This document shows positions 54,884 to 64,000 of a stretch of DNA of 64,000 nucleotides, piece after piece (within the stretch, counting starts at the first letter, position 1; each line of letters starts with the position of its first letter). The position numbers and the translations under genes were made by a program. Location of the stretch: positions 404,032 through 468,031 of the forward strand of contig CP065008.1 in assembly GCA_016699735.1 (NCBI GenBank). The letters run 5' to 3'. This stretch comes from Alphaproteobacteria bacterium. GTDB lineage: Bacteria > Pseudomonadota > Alphaproteobacteria > Micavibrionales > Micavibrionaceae. Under the pieces are notes generated by a model. That model saw only the letters and a program-made list of their open reading frames with translations. It was not told where the DNA came from and did no database searches.

Positions 54884-57418
54884 ATGCCCATAACCTTTGA
54901 CGATCTTCTGGAGTATGTATCCCGAGGCCACGCTTTCCCCGAGCACGTTGAGGGAAGGGGGAATAATTTTCGGGGTCGTCCCAGAAACGGAGCGAATGAA
55001 TTCCAGCAGGCAGGCATTGATATCCGAAATCCCGAGGATCTTAAAGATTATATGGGGCGGATGCTGGACTCTCCCCAAACGCGCGGATACGTCAGAGGCG
55101 ACGGGGCTCTTGTCGTTTTTAACAGCACAGACAACGTAAAGCTCGTCTTTAATCCATCGCGCGGCGAAGTTGATCTGGGGACGATCTACCCCCAGCAAGG
55201 GGCAGGGGCATCGGATTTTGATACGGAGTGGAGGCAAGCCCAAAGACATGGCCAAGCCTTTGATAACGCGCGTACTCCCGGTTCTGTTAGGGCTCAGGCC
55301 GAAACATTCGCCCGGAGCATCCCGAGCAACCATCCCGCGCTCTCACAAGTGCCGGGGTTCAGAGCGGAGCAGGATTTTTCCGGTTCAAGAAATCAGACAA
55401 TTAATCAATTAAGTCCTCAGTACAGGACATGGACGTCCTTGAGTTATGTCCGGGCGTCTGGCTTGGAATCAGGGAGGGGATTTATAGCCGGGGTTAGCGC
55501 CGATAATGGCCTGCCGACGAGAATGTTTTTTCTCGACGAGCGGACCAACAGAGTCACGGAAATTAATAACGGTGCGGTCACAGTCCATACCTTCAATAAC
55601 CTTCCTGAAGGAAACCGGGCTGCCGCCGCCCAGCTTTTTTTCGAGAGCAACCGCCCACCGCAGGCCGTGATTTCCCAAGGGGGCGTGCGCGGCTTGGTTC
55701 AGGAGTTTCAGGCGCACAACACGGGCGGGGCGCGACTCTCGGAAGGGGTGATCAATTCGGCGGTCCGCACTCACCTGTCTGCCAATCCGGGAACGGTGCC
55801 AACCAACATACCCTATGGATCTTCTGCCGATGCTTTACACGCATCCGAGCAGGCGTTGCAGAGATATCTGGGCTGGGCGGACGCTCCTGTGGGGCAGGTT
55901 GATGCGTTCAACAGGCTTCCGACAAATATATCAGCGGATACTCTTTCAAGAGTCAGTCCTAACGCTATCGAACCCGTGAGGGATTTGATTCACGCCAAGG
56001 AAATGGCGATGAGCCCGGACGCAGCGACGCGCGAAATGGGACTGAAGTTTTTCGACGAGACCTTTAGGGGTATGGATGCTTCGACCAGAACGGCCGTGAT
56101 GACGGCGCTGGAAACTGTTGCTCGGGCGCCCATTGCCGAGACGGCCCGGGCTGCCCGCGGCTTGGCAACCCTTTCCGACTTGGCCGAGGCGGCCCGGGCG
56201 TTGAAGGCTTTGCGCCTGCCCGCGAATATCGGCAAGGCCGGGGTCGTGACGACAGTGGCGCTCACGGCCGCTTCTGTCGCCTTGACGGACAGGGCGAACG
56301 CCATGACTCTCGATCTGGCTGGACAGCTTCATGCTTCAGGCCGCCTCACGGACGCGGCTTATCGCGATTATCGTCAGATGATGGGCGAAGTCGGCCCGAT
56401 GCTGACGGCCCAGGCCGCCGACCCCTTTATAACGTCCATTCCCGGGATGGCGATCGTCGAGCGCATCGCCTACAACCGTTTCAGGGAATTTTCCGACCGC
56501 CATCAGTTGCCGCAGGACGTGCACGAAATGCTCAGCCCTTCGATGGTCGCGGGAACGTCCTTGCGCGGCCAGATCGGCAACGACACCTACCGCATGATCC
56601 CCACCAACGCGGCCTCAGCGCCGCCGTCCCTCAGGGAACTTGTCGAAGCTAGGCAGGGCGTGGAGGCCGCGCAAACGGCTTATAATCAGGCCTACGAAAG
56701 AAACCGCCCTCATTGGTTTACGGAGGCCTTGATGAACATGGGGTCGGGGGAAGTTCCTATGGGGATGCCTCCCTCCCATTATATCATTACAAGCACGCCG
56801 GAGGTGCAGGCGGCGCAGCAAAGGCTCGATGAAGCTCGATCGAATTTCCAATCGGAATTCGATCAGGCGCTGGCCAATCCTTCAGGGGCAAGGGCATTGG
56901 CAGGGTTGATGACCCCGGATCAGCTTCTCGAGGTCGTAAAATCGACGGCCCGGTTCAACACAGGCCGTCAGGATCCCTTGATTGAAAATCTTGTTAGGGC
57001 GCAAGAGCAGGGCTTTTTATCCGGGGCTTGGGCGCGTATGCAGGCGGAAAATGCTCTGCGCCAGAATCCGCAAGTGATGCGGGATTATCTCTCGAACCTC
57101 TTCACCCCCCGGCCGGGTCAGCGCGCGTCTCTCGATATCGAAAGCAATTCGGATTATGTAACTGTAGCCAGCGCGTTTGAAAGGCTGAAGACGGGGGAAG
57201 ACCTCGACTCCTCTGAACACGCGGAAATACGACAAATTCTAAACAGCACAGATCCTGAAAACAGGGCGATCGCGGAAGAAATCTCCGCCCGCTACCCCCA
57301 GCAGGCAGCCCAATTCATAACCGCCGGCAATTCTCCTTCAGAACCAGAAGTTCCTGCTGCGGCGTCCCAAGCCTCCTACAGCCCGTCAGCGACAAGAACG
57401 CAAGCAATGGCCATTTAA
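54884..57418 (+). CDS. large hypothetical protein (844 aa), no recognisable domain
   Basis: Long uninterrupted ORF in GC-rich DNA. No signal peptide or known motif seen. Confidence 0.55.
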   Translation: MPITFDDLLEYVSRGHAFPEHVEGRGNNFRGRPRNGANEFQQAGIDIRNPEDLKDYMGRMLDSPQTRGYVRGDGALVVFNSTDNVKLVFNPSRGEVDLGTIYPQQGAGASDFDTEWRQAQRHGQAFDNARTPGSVRAQAETFARSIPSNHPALSQVPGFRAEQDFSGSRNQTINQLSPQYRTWTSLSYVRASGLESGRGFIAGVSADNGLPTRMFFLDERTNRVTEINNGAVTVHTFNNLPEGNRAAAAQLFFESNRPPQAVISQGGVRGLVQEFQAHNTGGARLSEGVINSAVRTHLSANPGTVPTNIPYGSSADALHASEQALQRYLGWADAPVGQVDAFNRLPTNISADTLSRVSPNAIEPVRDLIHAKEMAMSPDAATREMGLKFFDETFRGMDASTRTAVMTALETVARAPIAETARAARGLATLSDLAEAARALKALRLPANIGKAGVVTTVALTAASVALTDRANAMTLDLAGQLHASGRLTDAAYRDYRQMMGEVGPMLTAQAADPFITSIPGMAIVERIAYNRFREFSDRHQLPQDVHEMLSPSMVAGTSLRGQIGNDTYRMIPTNAASAPPSLRELVEARQGVEAAQTAYNQAYERNRPHWFTEALMNMGSGEVPMGMPPSHYIITSTPEVQAAQQRLDEARSNFQSEFDQALANPSGARALAGLMTPDQLLEVVKSTARFNTGRQDPLIENLVRAQEQGFLSGAWARMQAENALRQNPQVMRDYLSNLFTPRPGQRASLDIESNSDYVTVASAFERLKTGEDLDSSEHAEIRQILNSTDPENRAIAEEISARYPQQAAQFITAGNSPSEPEVPAAASQASYSPSATRTQAMAI

Positions 57419-57429
57419 GTCGCCGCTGG

Positions 57430-58227
57430 TCACCAGAACGCCCAGAAAACGAACGCCCCCGCAAACAGCCTGTAGACCGCAAACGGATAAAACCCGTAGC
57501 GGTTCACCACGCCGAGCAAGGCCTTGATAACCACCAGCGCCGTCACGAATGCTACTCCAAACCCCGTCAGCATCAACGCGAGATAATCCCCGGCAGCAAC
57601 ACTGTCCCAGCTTTTGTAAAGATCATAAGCGACGGCAAGAAACATGACGGGAATCGCCAGGAAAAACGACAATTCCGCCGCCGCCGGACGTGAAAGCCCC
57701 GCCATCAATCCGCCGATGATACTCGCCCCCGACCGCGACACGCCGGGAATAAGCGCGAGCGCCTGACAGCACCCGATCATCACAGCGGTCTTGAGGGGAA
57801 CGGACTGGATATTCTCAATCCTGGCCTTCGGCAGGTTCCGCTCGACGATCAGCATAATGAGTCCGCCCAGAATAAGGGTCGTCCCGATCACCAGGGGATT
57901 ATTATAAAGCGTACCCTTGATGAAATCCCGCCCGATCGCCCCGGCGACCAGCGCCGGAAGGGTTCCGATAAGCAGGATCGTGGCGAAATGCCGCGACGCC
58001 GGATCGGAATGAAGCGTGAAAGCGGTTCTGAAAAGCTTTTTCCGGTAAAGCACAACAACGGCAAAAATCGCGCCCAGTTGAATAAAGATCTCGAAAAGAT
58101 GCCCCGGCGGTCCGGCGAATTTGAAGAGGTCCGTGAGGATCAGCAGGTGCGCGGTCGAGGAGACCGGAAGAAATTCGGTCAATCCTTCGATAAATCCAAG
58201 AAGCGCGGCGGTGGAGAAATCGGACAT
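57430..58227 (-). CDS. uppP: undecaprenyl-diphosphate phosphatase UppP/BacA
   Basis: GFIEGLTEFLPVSSTAHLLI and PGVSRSGASI motifs. ATG at 58227 preferred. Confidence 0.9.
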   Translation of the reverse strand: MSDFSTAALLGFIEGLTEFLPVSSTAHLLILTDLFKFAGPPGHLFEIFIQLGAIFAVVVLYRKKLFRTAFTLHSDPASRHFATILLIGTLPALVAGAIGRDFIKGTLYNNPLVIGTTLILGGLIMLIVERNLPKARIENIQSVPLKTAVMIGCCQALALIPGVSRSGASIIGGLMAGLSRPAAAELSFFLAIPVMFLAVAYDLYKSWDSVAAGDYLALMLTGFGVAFVTALVVIKALLGVVNRYGFYPFAVYRLFAGAFVFWAFW

Positions 58228-58384
58228 GAGCCTTCGACAAAAAAATTGAAACGGGAGCGGACAGCGCCGGATCATACATCTGCAAGATTAGAGCCACAAG
58301 GATCAAAAAAAGAAGCACATGCTTGCAAAGTGACAAATATGTTATATAGTAACACTTAAAGAGAAGGCAGAGTATTAAGGTCCA

Positions 58385-58801
58385 ATGAAGCACAACACAC
58401 ATTTCTTGACCTCATCCGCCTTGGCCGCATTTTTGAACCTGTCCGCCCCCTTCGAGGCAGTCTCGCAGGAACAACGTGGCCCGCAAACGCCGCAGGACCG
58501 CGAATTCACCCAGACTCTCGCAAACGGCACACTTGTGCCCATTGATTGTCATAAGTTGTATAAGGTCGCGGATCGCCCGCCCGCTCTCACCGTGGCCTTT
58601 ATCGCGCAATATGAGCCCCTGGATGAGCAGGCCGTAGAACGCCTCCAGCCGTGGCAAAGGCAATGGCTCATGGCCTCGCGCAATAATCCCTCGACGAACC
58701 CGGATCAGATCCGGGGCATGATCAACCATCTGGCCGTCCATAAGATTACACAGGACGACATAGCGGCCGGATATACGCAATGCCTGCCTTATCTGAAATA
58801 A
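58385..58801 (+). CDS. hypothetical secreted protein (138 aa)
   Basis: N-terminal signal-like segment. No motif recognised. Confidence 0.45.
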   Translation: MKHNTHFLTSSALAAFLNLSAPFEAVSQEQRGPQTPQDREFTQTLANGTLVPIDCHKLYKVADRPPALTVAFIAQYEPLDEQAVERLQPWQRQWLMASRNNPSTNPDQIRGMINHLAVHKITQDDIAAGYTQCLPYLK

Positions 58802-58825
58802 CCTGAATAACTTCGGAGGAAATTT

Positions 58826-59005
58826 ATGATGAAAATCTTGAACTGCGGATGTGCATTGGCCGTTTGCGCGTTAGTGTTTATCAGCGGCCTGTCCAAGGCG
58901 GATTTCGGCGTGAGGGAGGCGGCGCAATCCCTCGAAAAGAACACCGCCACCCACACCCACGGATCGGGCTGTTGCTGCTATAACTGCACTGAAGAAATAA
59001 AGTAA
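58826..59005 (+). CDS. unannotated small ORF: 59-aa signal-peptide-bearing Cys-rich peptide
   Basis: GGAGGA RBS 5 nt upstream of the ATG. Hand translation: MMKILNCGCALAVCALVFISGLSKADFGVREAAQSLEKNTATHTHGSGCCCYNCTEEIK. Below the 60-aa cutoff of the ORF track. Confidence 0.4.
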   Translation: MMKILNCGCALAVCALVFISGLSKADFGVREAAQSLEKNTATHTHGSGCCCYNCTEEIK

Positions 59006-59014
59006 ACCATTCGA

Positions 59015-61396
59015 TCACGGCCCCGGATCGGCGGCAAGAAAAGGATCGGCATCCACAGTACTGCCGACCTCAAGCGTCACTTCCCCGCCCAAAAGCCCGG
59101 CGGGATTGCCCCACCAGTTATTCTCGGCCATAAGATTCCCGCCATCCAGATCGACCCGCAGCTCAGTGCCAGAGTTTCCAAAAATCCGGTTATTCCCCGC
59201 GCTGCCCAGCGTCCCGCCGCCCAGATCGATATTAAACGGCGTAAGGCTAATGGCATCGTCATCCACATAAACCCCGTTTGCCGCATTTCCAGTGGAATAG
59301 TGGGTTTCAACAGAAGAGTTGATGTGCGTAAGACTCGAGCCGAAGAAATAGAGCCCAACATTGGAGTTATTGTTGGTCTGGCTGTTTTCGATATGTGAAG
59401 ACAAGAGGCGTGCGGCCAGAAAACGCAACCAGATACCGTTAATATTGCTATTGGCAGTAACATTGTCCAGATGAGCGGAACCTAGAGAATTGCTTGCTCC
59501 GATGCCAAAAATGTAAACACCGGCCAGAGAACTGTTTTGGTTGGCGGTAACATCCTGAAGATCGATAGAATTGATTGTGCTGCTGACCCCGCTCAAAGTA
59601 ACTTGAATACCTGCACCGGTATTCAAGTTTACGGTCGCGTTGCTGATAGACAGGTTATCAAGAAGACTGGAAGTGTTTTGTATCAAGACACCGCCAAAAC
59701 TGTTGGAGTTCGCGGTAATGTTATCCATCTGTAGATTCCGGATAACGCTGACTCCGGTATTGATAACATATATCCCGCGCAGGCCATTCGAACTGGAATC
59801 GATATCGGTAAGCGAAATCGTATTCCACGTGCTGGCACCATTTGTATCGATCTGTAGCCCTACATTCCCGTTTAATTGTGTTGTAAGGTCGCGGATGGTA
59901 ATAGATCGCGTTCCGCCATCGGTATTCTGGGCATAGATGCCGCGGCCGAGGTTATTGTTAGTCGCGACATCTTCAATGACAGCACCATCAGCATTGACAA
60001 CCGAGATTCCGATATCTTGAGCGCCGATAACCCTGATGCCGGAAATTCTGACATCATCAGCGGTAACCGTAACCCCATCGCCGCTGACATTGATGTTGGA
60101 GAGCACAGGCGCAGTGGTGGCCTCAGCAATCAGCAGGGCGTGGGGTGCCAGACCGTTCCGGGTGGTAAAGAGCGAAGTGTTGTAAAAGAAATCCGCCCCG
60201 CTGCCCAAAAGCTGCTGCCCGGTCTGGCTGAGTGTGATTCCGGTATCCTGATTGGCCGCCGTGCCGTCCCCTTCATGGACATAAATAATACTGTGCGGTG
60301 TCGCGGCGGCCTGCGCGTTCGCAAGAGTATTGAAAGGAGCCTCGGCGCTGCCATCCCCGCCGCCCGCCGCCGTGTTATCGACGTGCAGGACGACCTGTGC
60401 GTTGCCGGTATTCACATTCTCCACCACGACACGCGCACCGGGATCGACGACGCTCTGCGCGGTGACGATATCGATATCGCGCTCCGGCGCATCGTCCAGC
60501 CGCGCTTTCAGCCCCTCCTTGCGGTAGCTTTTCTTATGCCCGAAGGGCAGGCGCACCGTAGCCTCAATAAACCCCTGCGACCCGCGCTCATCATCCCTCT
60601 GGAACCGCGCCCCGACCTGAAGATCGGGCGTGATATCGGCGGCGATCCGCGTGCGCCATCCGGCGGTCTCGTCCGTATTCGCCCCGTCGAAATAATACCC
60701 GCCGCCATAAACCCGCACCGCATCCGTATGCTCACGGATCATCCCGATCGATTGCCCCAGTTCCCATCCGATCTCGAGATCGAACCCGGCCTGTGGCTCC
60801 TCGATGGCCGTGCCGTCCGTATCGACGACGATCCCCGTTCCGGAGAAGCCCGCGCCTTGCGGATCTTCATTCGGGATTGTAAAACGCCGCTCGTCCGAAA
60901 GCGGGATATAACCGTTGGCGAGAACATCGAGAGCCTCGCCCCGCCATTCCGCACCCATCGTAATTTGGTGGAAGTGTGAATCGTTTTCGGTGATCCTGCG
61001 ATCGAACCAACCATTAACGCCGACCACGCCCTTGCCCAGGACGGGAGCGGTCGTAATCGTGCGGTACCCGATTCCGAAATTCCCCTCGCGGTTATCGTGA
61101 TCGTCGCCCATCAATCGGACATCGGCGTAAAGCACACCGTCTTCATCCTGCGCGAGAGGCGCCCAGAAATCGGTCATCAGGATCGAGCGTTCGGTCCCGT
61201 ACCGCCAGTTCACCTCCGCCCGCCCCTTGAGCGGCGCATCATCGGCCAGAGCAGCCGGACCCGCGCACAGCATCGCGCATCCGGCCAGCAGGGGCAGGAA
61301 GGAGCGGGTAGTCCATCTCGGGGATACAAGGAAAATAATCGGAGGCTTCCCAATAATATCAAGCCACTTACAGGCCCAATTATGGCGGCAATTCAT
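59015..61396 (-). CDS. inverse autotransporter (intimin/invasin-type beta-barrel) with parallel beta-helix passenger
   Basis: N-terminal region FWAPLAQDEDGVLYADVRL...NFGIGYR...GVNGWFD...GAEW...ANGYIPLS fits the IAT beta-domain pattern. C-terminal reiterated N/G/I-rich PbH1-like repeats. Start codon uncertain. Confidence 0.65.
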   Translation of the reverse strand: MNCRHNWACKWLDIIGKPPIIFLVSPRWTTRSFLPLLAGCAMLCAGPAALADDAPLKGRAEVNWRYGTERSILMTDFWAPLAQDEDGVLYADVRLMGDDHDNREGNFGIGYRTITTAPVLGKGVVGVNGWFDRRITENDSHFHQITMGAEWRGEALDVLANGYIPLSDERRFTIPNEDPQGAGFSGTGIVVDTDGTAIEEPQAGFDLEIGWELGQSIGMIREHTDAVRVYGGGYYFDGANTDETAGWRTRIAADITPDLQVGARFQRDDERGSQGFIEATVRLPFGHKKSYRKEGLKARLDDAPERDIDIVTAQSVVDPGARVVVENVNTGNAQVVLHVDNTAAGGGDGSAEAPFNTLANAQAAATPHSIIYVHEGDGTAANQDTGITLSQTGQQLLGSGADFFYNTSLFTTRNGLAPHALLIAEATTAPVLSNINVSGDGVTVTADDVRISGIRVIGAQDIGISVVNADGAVIEDVATNNNLGRGIYAQNTDGGTRSITIRDLTTQLNGNVGLQIDTNGASTWNTISLTDIDSSSNGLRGIYVINTGVSVIRNLQMDNITANSNSFGGVLIQNTSSLLDNLSISNATVNLNTGAGIQVTLSGVSSTINSIDLQDVTANQNSSLAGVYIFGIGASNSLGSAHLDNVTANSNINGIWLRFLAARLLSSHIENSQTNNNSNVGLYFFGSSLTHINSSVETHYSTGNAANGVYVDDDAISLTPFNIDLGGGTLGSAGNNRIFGNSGTELRVDLDGGNLMAENNWWGNPAGLLGGEVTLEVGSTVDADPFLAADPGP

Positions 61397-61477
61397 TACA
61401 ATTTAGTGAAAATGCAAGTCATAATAAAGATTAACTTAAGTATTATGAAAATAATACTTAGGGGTAAATTTTGTCTT

Positions 61478-62659
61478 TTACCTATTGTTTTTATTGATGT
61501 TTTCCGTCCATTGCATAACCAGCAGAGCGCCCACCGACAGCGTCAGATACCCGCCCGCCAGCGGCACGACCGTCCCGTCATAAAGCTGCCCGATCAAGGC
61601 TCCGCAAGCAATCGCTACCCCCGTGGAAACAAAACTGACGAACGCCGAGGCCGATCCGGCGATATGCCCCATCGGCTCCATCGCCAGCGCACTCATATTC
61701 CCGAACATCAGCCCGAGGCAGAAAAAGCACAGTCCGGCATAGGCCAGAAAAACGGGCAGGGGAACGACGGATACCTGCACCGCCAGCGGCAGAAACAAAA
61801 GAGAAAGTCCAATCATGCCCAGCAACGCCAGCCGGATCAACCGCCGCATCCCCAGCCGCTGCACAAGAGCCGAGTTGACGAAAGACGCGGCGCCGATCAT
61901 TGCCGCCATCATCCCGAAATAAAGCGCGAACAGAGGTCCGGCGTGATAGATATCCTGCAGGATTTGCTGGATGCTGTTGAGATATCCGATGATGGCCCCA
62001 AAGCAAATCCCGCTCGTGACCGCATACCCCAGCGTCACCCGCGTCCCCGCCGCCTCTTTGAAACCATCGACCAGATCCAAAAATCTCAACTTCTTGGCCT
62101 GATCCGGGGGCAGTGTTTCCGTAAGGCGAAAGAAGGTCCAAATCCCGGCCACCAGCGCCGCTACAATAAAAAATCCGAACATCGCCCGCCAGGACGCCAC
62201 CGCCAGAACCGCCTGCCCGAGCGCCGGCGCCACGATGGGAACCAGAATGAAAATCCCCATGATGACGGACATCACCCGCGCCATCTCCCGCCCGCTGAAC
62301 GTATCGCGGACGATGGCAATCGTCACGATCCGCCCGCCCGCCGCGCCCAGCCCCTGCACGAACCGCCCGAGCAGCAGAACCCAGAGGGAGGGGGACAGAC
62401 AGCAGATCAGGCTCCCCAGAATATAAAGCCCCAGCCCCAGATTGAGCGCCGGTTTCCGCCCCCACGCATCCGCCACCGGCCCGTAGATAAGATATCCCGC
62501 CATCATCCCCGCGAACAGAACGGTAATCACAAGCTGCACGCTGTTCGCCCGTGCCACTTCAAGGTCAACGCCGATCTGCTCCAGCGCCGGCAGCATCGCA
62601 TCCACCGAAAGCGCAGCCAGCGACGTCAAAAAAGCCATGAGAACGATGAATTCGCGCAT
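61478..62659 (-). CDS. MFS transporter, Bcr/CflA drug-resistance subfamily
   Basis: MREFIVLMAFLTSLAALSVDAMLPALEQIG and 12 hydrophobic segments. Confidence 0.85.
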   Translation of the reverse strand: MREFIVLMAFLTSLAALSVDAMLPALEQIGVDLEVARANSVQLVITVLFAGMMAGYLIYGPVADAWGRKPALNLGLGLYILGSLICCLSPSLWVLLLGRFVQGLGAAGGRIVTIAIVRDTFSGREMARVMSVIMGIFILVPIVAPALGQAVLAVASWRAMFGFFIVAALVAGIWTFFRLTETLPPDQAKKLRFLDLVDGFKEAAGTRVTLGYAVTSGICFGAIIGYLNSIQQILQDIYHAGPLFALYFGMMAAMIGAASFVNSALVQRLGMRRLIRLALLGMIGLSLLFLPLAVQVSVVPLPVFLAYAGLCFFCLGLMFGNMSALAMEPMGHIAGSASAFVSFVSTGVAIACGALIGQLYDGTVVPLAGGYLTLSVGALLVMQWTENINKNNR

Positions 62660-62688
62660 TGCTCAGAAAATATTAGCCAGAATGTAAC

Positions 62689-63165
62689 TCAAATCATTCC
62701 GATCGCTTCGGTAAAAAGATGCTCTTCGAGCTGCTCGAAAGCCTCGCTCCATCCGCCTTCGTGCCCGTCCATCGACTCTTTCGAATCCAGACCCTCCTGA
62801 ATAAACACCATCTTGGTCTTCCCCTCGAAATCCGCGAACGTGACCGTCACCAGCGTTTTCACGCCCGGACTCCCGTTCGCCGTATCCCAGACATGGGTGA
62901 ACACGATGCACTCAAACGGCACGATCTCCTGATACACTCCGCTCAGCCAGTGTTCCGTCCCGTCCGGCCCCCGCAGACACGTCCGGTACGCCCCGCCGGG
63001 GCGGATATCCCCCTCCTGATGCGGAATCGTGAAATCGAAGGGCTTGCACCAGATTTCAAGCTGGTCCGGGTCGGTCCACGCCTCGAACACCCGCTGGCGC
63101 GTATCGTCGAACAGCCGCTCGATAACCAGCGTAAAAGTCTCAGGTTTCTTCTCCGCCCCGCTCAT
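62689..63165 (-). CDS. SRPBCC/AHSA1-family protein
   Basis: FTLVIERLFDDTRQRVFEAWTDPDQLEIWCKP. The ATG at 63165 overlaps the stop of the upstream gene. Confidence 0.75.
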   Translation of the reverse strand: MSGAEKKPETFTLVIERLFDDTRQRVFEAWTDPDQLEIWCKPFDFTIPHQEGDIRPGGAYRTCLRGPDGTEHWLSGVYQEIVPFECIVFTHVWDTANGSPGVKTLVTVTFADFEGKTKMVFIQEGLDSKESMDGHEGGWSEAFEQLEEHLFTEAIGMI

Positions 63166-63692
63166 GCCGCCTTTTTCAGAACCTCGCCCATATTCCTGAG
63201 CCCGTCCTCGAACGGACCGCCGACCATTTTGTCGCAATCCATCATCAGATGCATCCCCTTGGCGATGAAATTTTTATCGCCGGTCATGCTCCACGTCACG
63301 CGGGTGCCTGCGCCTTCCGGCGTGAATGTAAAAATGGTTGTGCTGGTAGCCCGGAACGGCTTGATAAATTCCAGCCGGAATTTGACGATTTCATTTGGAC
63401 GGCTTTCGATGATCGTCATCTTGCCTTCGCCGACAGTCTTGTTCCCCGCCCAGCTCATGGCGGCATCCACCCCGAACTCCGGCCCCTCGAATGAATTTTT
63501 CGCATTCGGGTCCATCCGCGCCCATGGCGACCACGCGTTCCAGTTTCGCAAACTGTTCACCTGCGCGAACACCTCAGCGGGAGATCCGGGCACCACTGCG
63601 CTGCGCGTAACCTTGAAACGATCCGGCTGGATATTAACAAAAATCGCCAGCCCGACCAGAGCCGCACAAAGAATAAGAAAAATAAGGGTCAT
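63162..63692 (-). CDS. SRPBCC-family (polyketide cyclase/dehydrase-like) protein with N-terminal TM anchor
   Basis: TM helix, then FKVTRSAVVPGSPAEVFAQVNSLRNWNAWSPW. Confidence 0.7.
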   Translation of the reverse strand: MTLIFLILCAALVGLAIFVNIQPDRFKVTRSAVVPGSPAEVFAQVNSLRNWNAWSPWARMDPNAKNSFEGPEFGVDAAMSWAGNKTVGEGKMTIIESRPNEIVKFRLEFIKPFRATSTTIFTFTPEGAGTRVTWSMTGDKNFIAKGMHLMMDCDKMVGGPFEDGLRNMGEVLKKAA

Positions 63693-63706
63693 GAATCTCT
63701 CCGCTG

Positions 63707-64000
63707 TTACAAAGCAACCAAAGCCTTGAAGCCCCCGTAAGCCATGCGCTTGCAGTCGAACGGCATACTATCAGGCAGACACTTCATCCGCTCGTCCGCC
63801 ATGACTTTTGCGTTCACCTTGTCGCGGTGGGCGCGGGATTTATAAACGATATAGGCAAACACCACCGTCTCACCCTTTTTGGTCTTGAAGGCATCGGGGA
63901 ACGTCTTGCAGAATCCCTTATCTTCCAGATCCTCCCCCACGCACTCGACATAAGCCAAAGCGCCGTGCTCCATCCAGATTTTACCGGCCTGCGCGGCCAT
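63707..64000 (-). CDS. DUF1428 (YbaA-like) protein, N-terminus cut by window edge
   Basis: Aligns with my recollection of E. coli YbaA from about residue 20 (AAQAGKIWMEHGALAYVECV...MPFDCKRMAYGGF). Confidence 0.7.
   Translation of the reverse strand: MAAQAGKIWMEHGALAYVECVGEDLEDKGFCKTFPDAFKTKKGETVVFAYIVYKSRAHRDKVNAKVMADERMKCLPDSMPFDCKRMAYGGFKALVAL

Noticed and set aside
59876-63729. Very long plus-strand ORFs 59876-60979, 61097-62800 (567 aa) and 62719-63729 (336 aa)
   Set aside because: Their translations are Arg/Pro/His-rich nonsense antisense to the inverse autotransporter, the MFS transporter and the SRPBCC genes, all of which have clear signatures.

Overview
High-GC chromosomal segment. 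Gene content looks alphaproteobacterial, but the taxon cannot be fixed from sequence alone. It is interrupted by about 34-37 kb of accessory DNA that is AT-richer by eye; GC was not computed. Left core (1-16.3 kb): flgK/flgL, a type IVB (Dot/Icm- or IncI-Tra-like) sub-cluster dotD-dotC-dotB-icmT with an SLT lytic transglycosylase and a DsbC-like oxidoreductase, then FIST, lemA, htpX-like, TPR-methyltransferase, BI-1, mscL and tRNA-Ala(GGC). Two mobile elements appear to sit in tandem at the tRNA 3' end. Island 1 (16.3-34.3 kb) carries a P4-type tyrosine integrase, AlpA, a Toprim primase, a RepA-like helicase, a 1511-aa Mrr-nuclease/STAND NTPase and a 1760-aa RTX protein. Island 2 (34.3-50.2 kb) carries a large serine recombinase, a J-domain protein, MobC plus relaxase, and a defence cluster. 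The best candidate for a novel system is the tightly packed plus-strand operon at 38.25-45.84 kb. It encodes a full-length MmeI-family methyltransferase whose nuclease E-x-K motif reads Q-x-Q, a translationally coupled 246-aa unknown, an SF2 helicase, a T5orf172/GIY-YIG-like protein and an Abi_2 protein, all preceded by an AbiEi/DUF6088-like wHTH gene. Other candidates are the Mrr-STAND giant and a P63C plus 351-aa pair with a reiterated 9-mer operator. Right core (50.2-64 kb): a divergent S8-like protein, a 53-bp duplication of the rimO 5' end flanking a single-gene cassette, rimO, two unknowns, uppP, an unannotated Cys-rich small ORF, an inverse autotransporter, an MFS pump, two SRPBCC genes and a partial DUF1428 gene. 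No CRISPR array or rRNA was seen.
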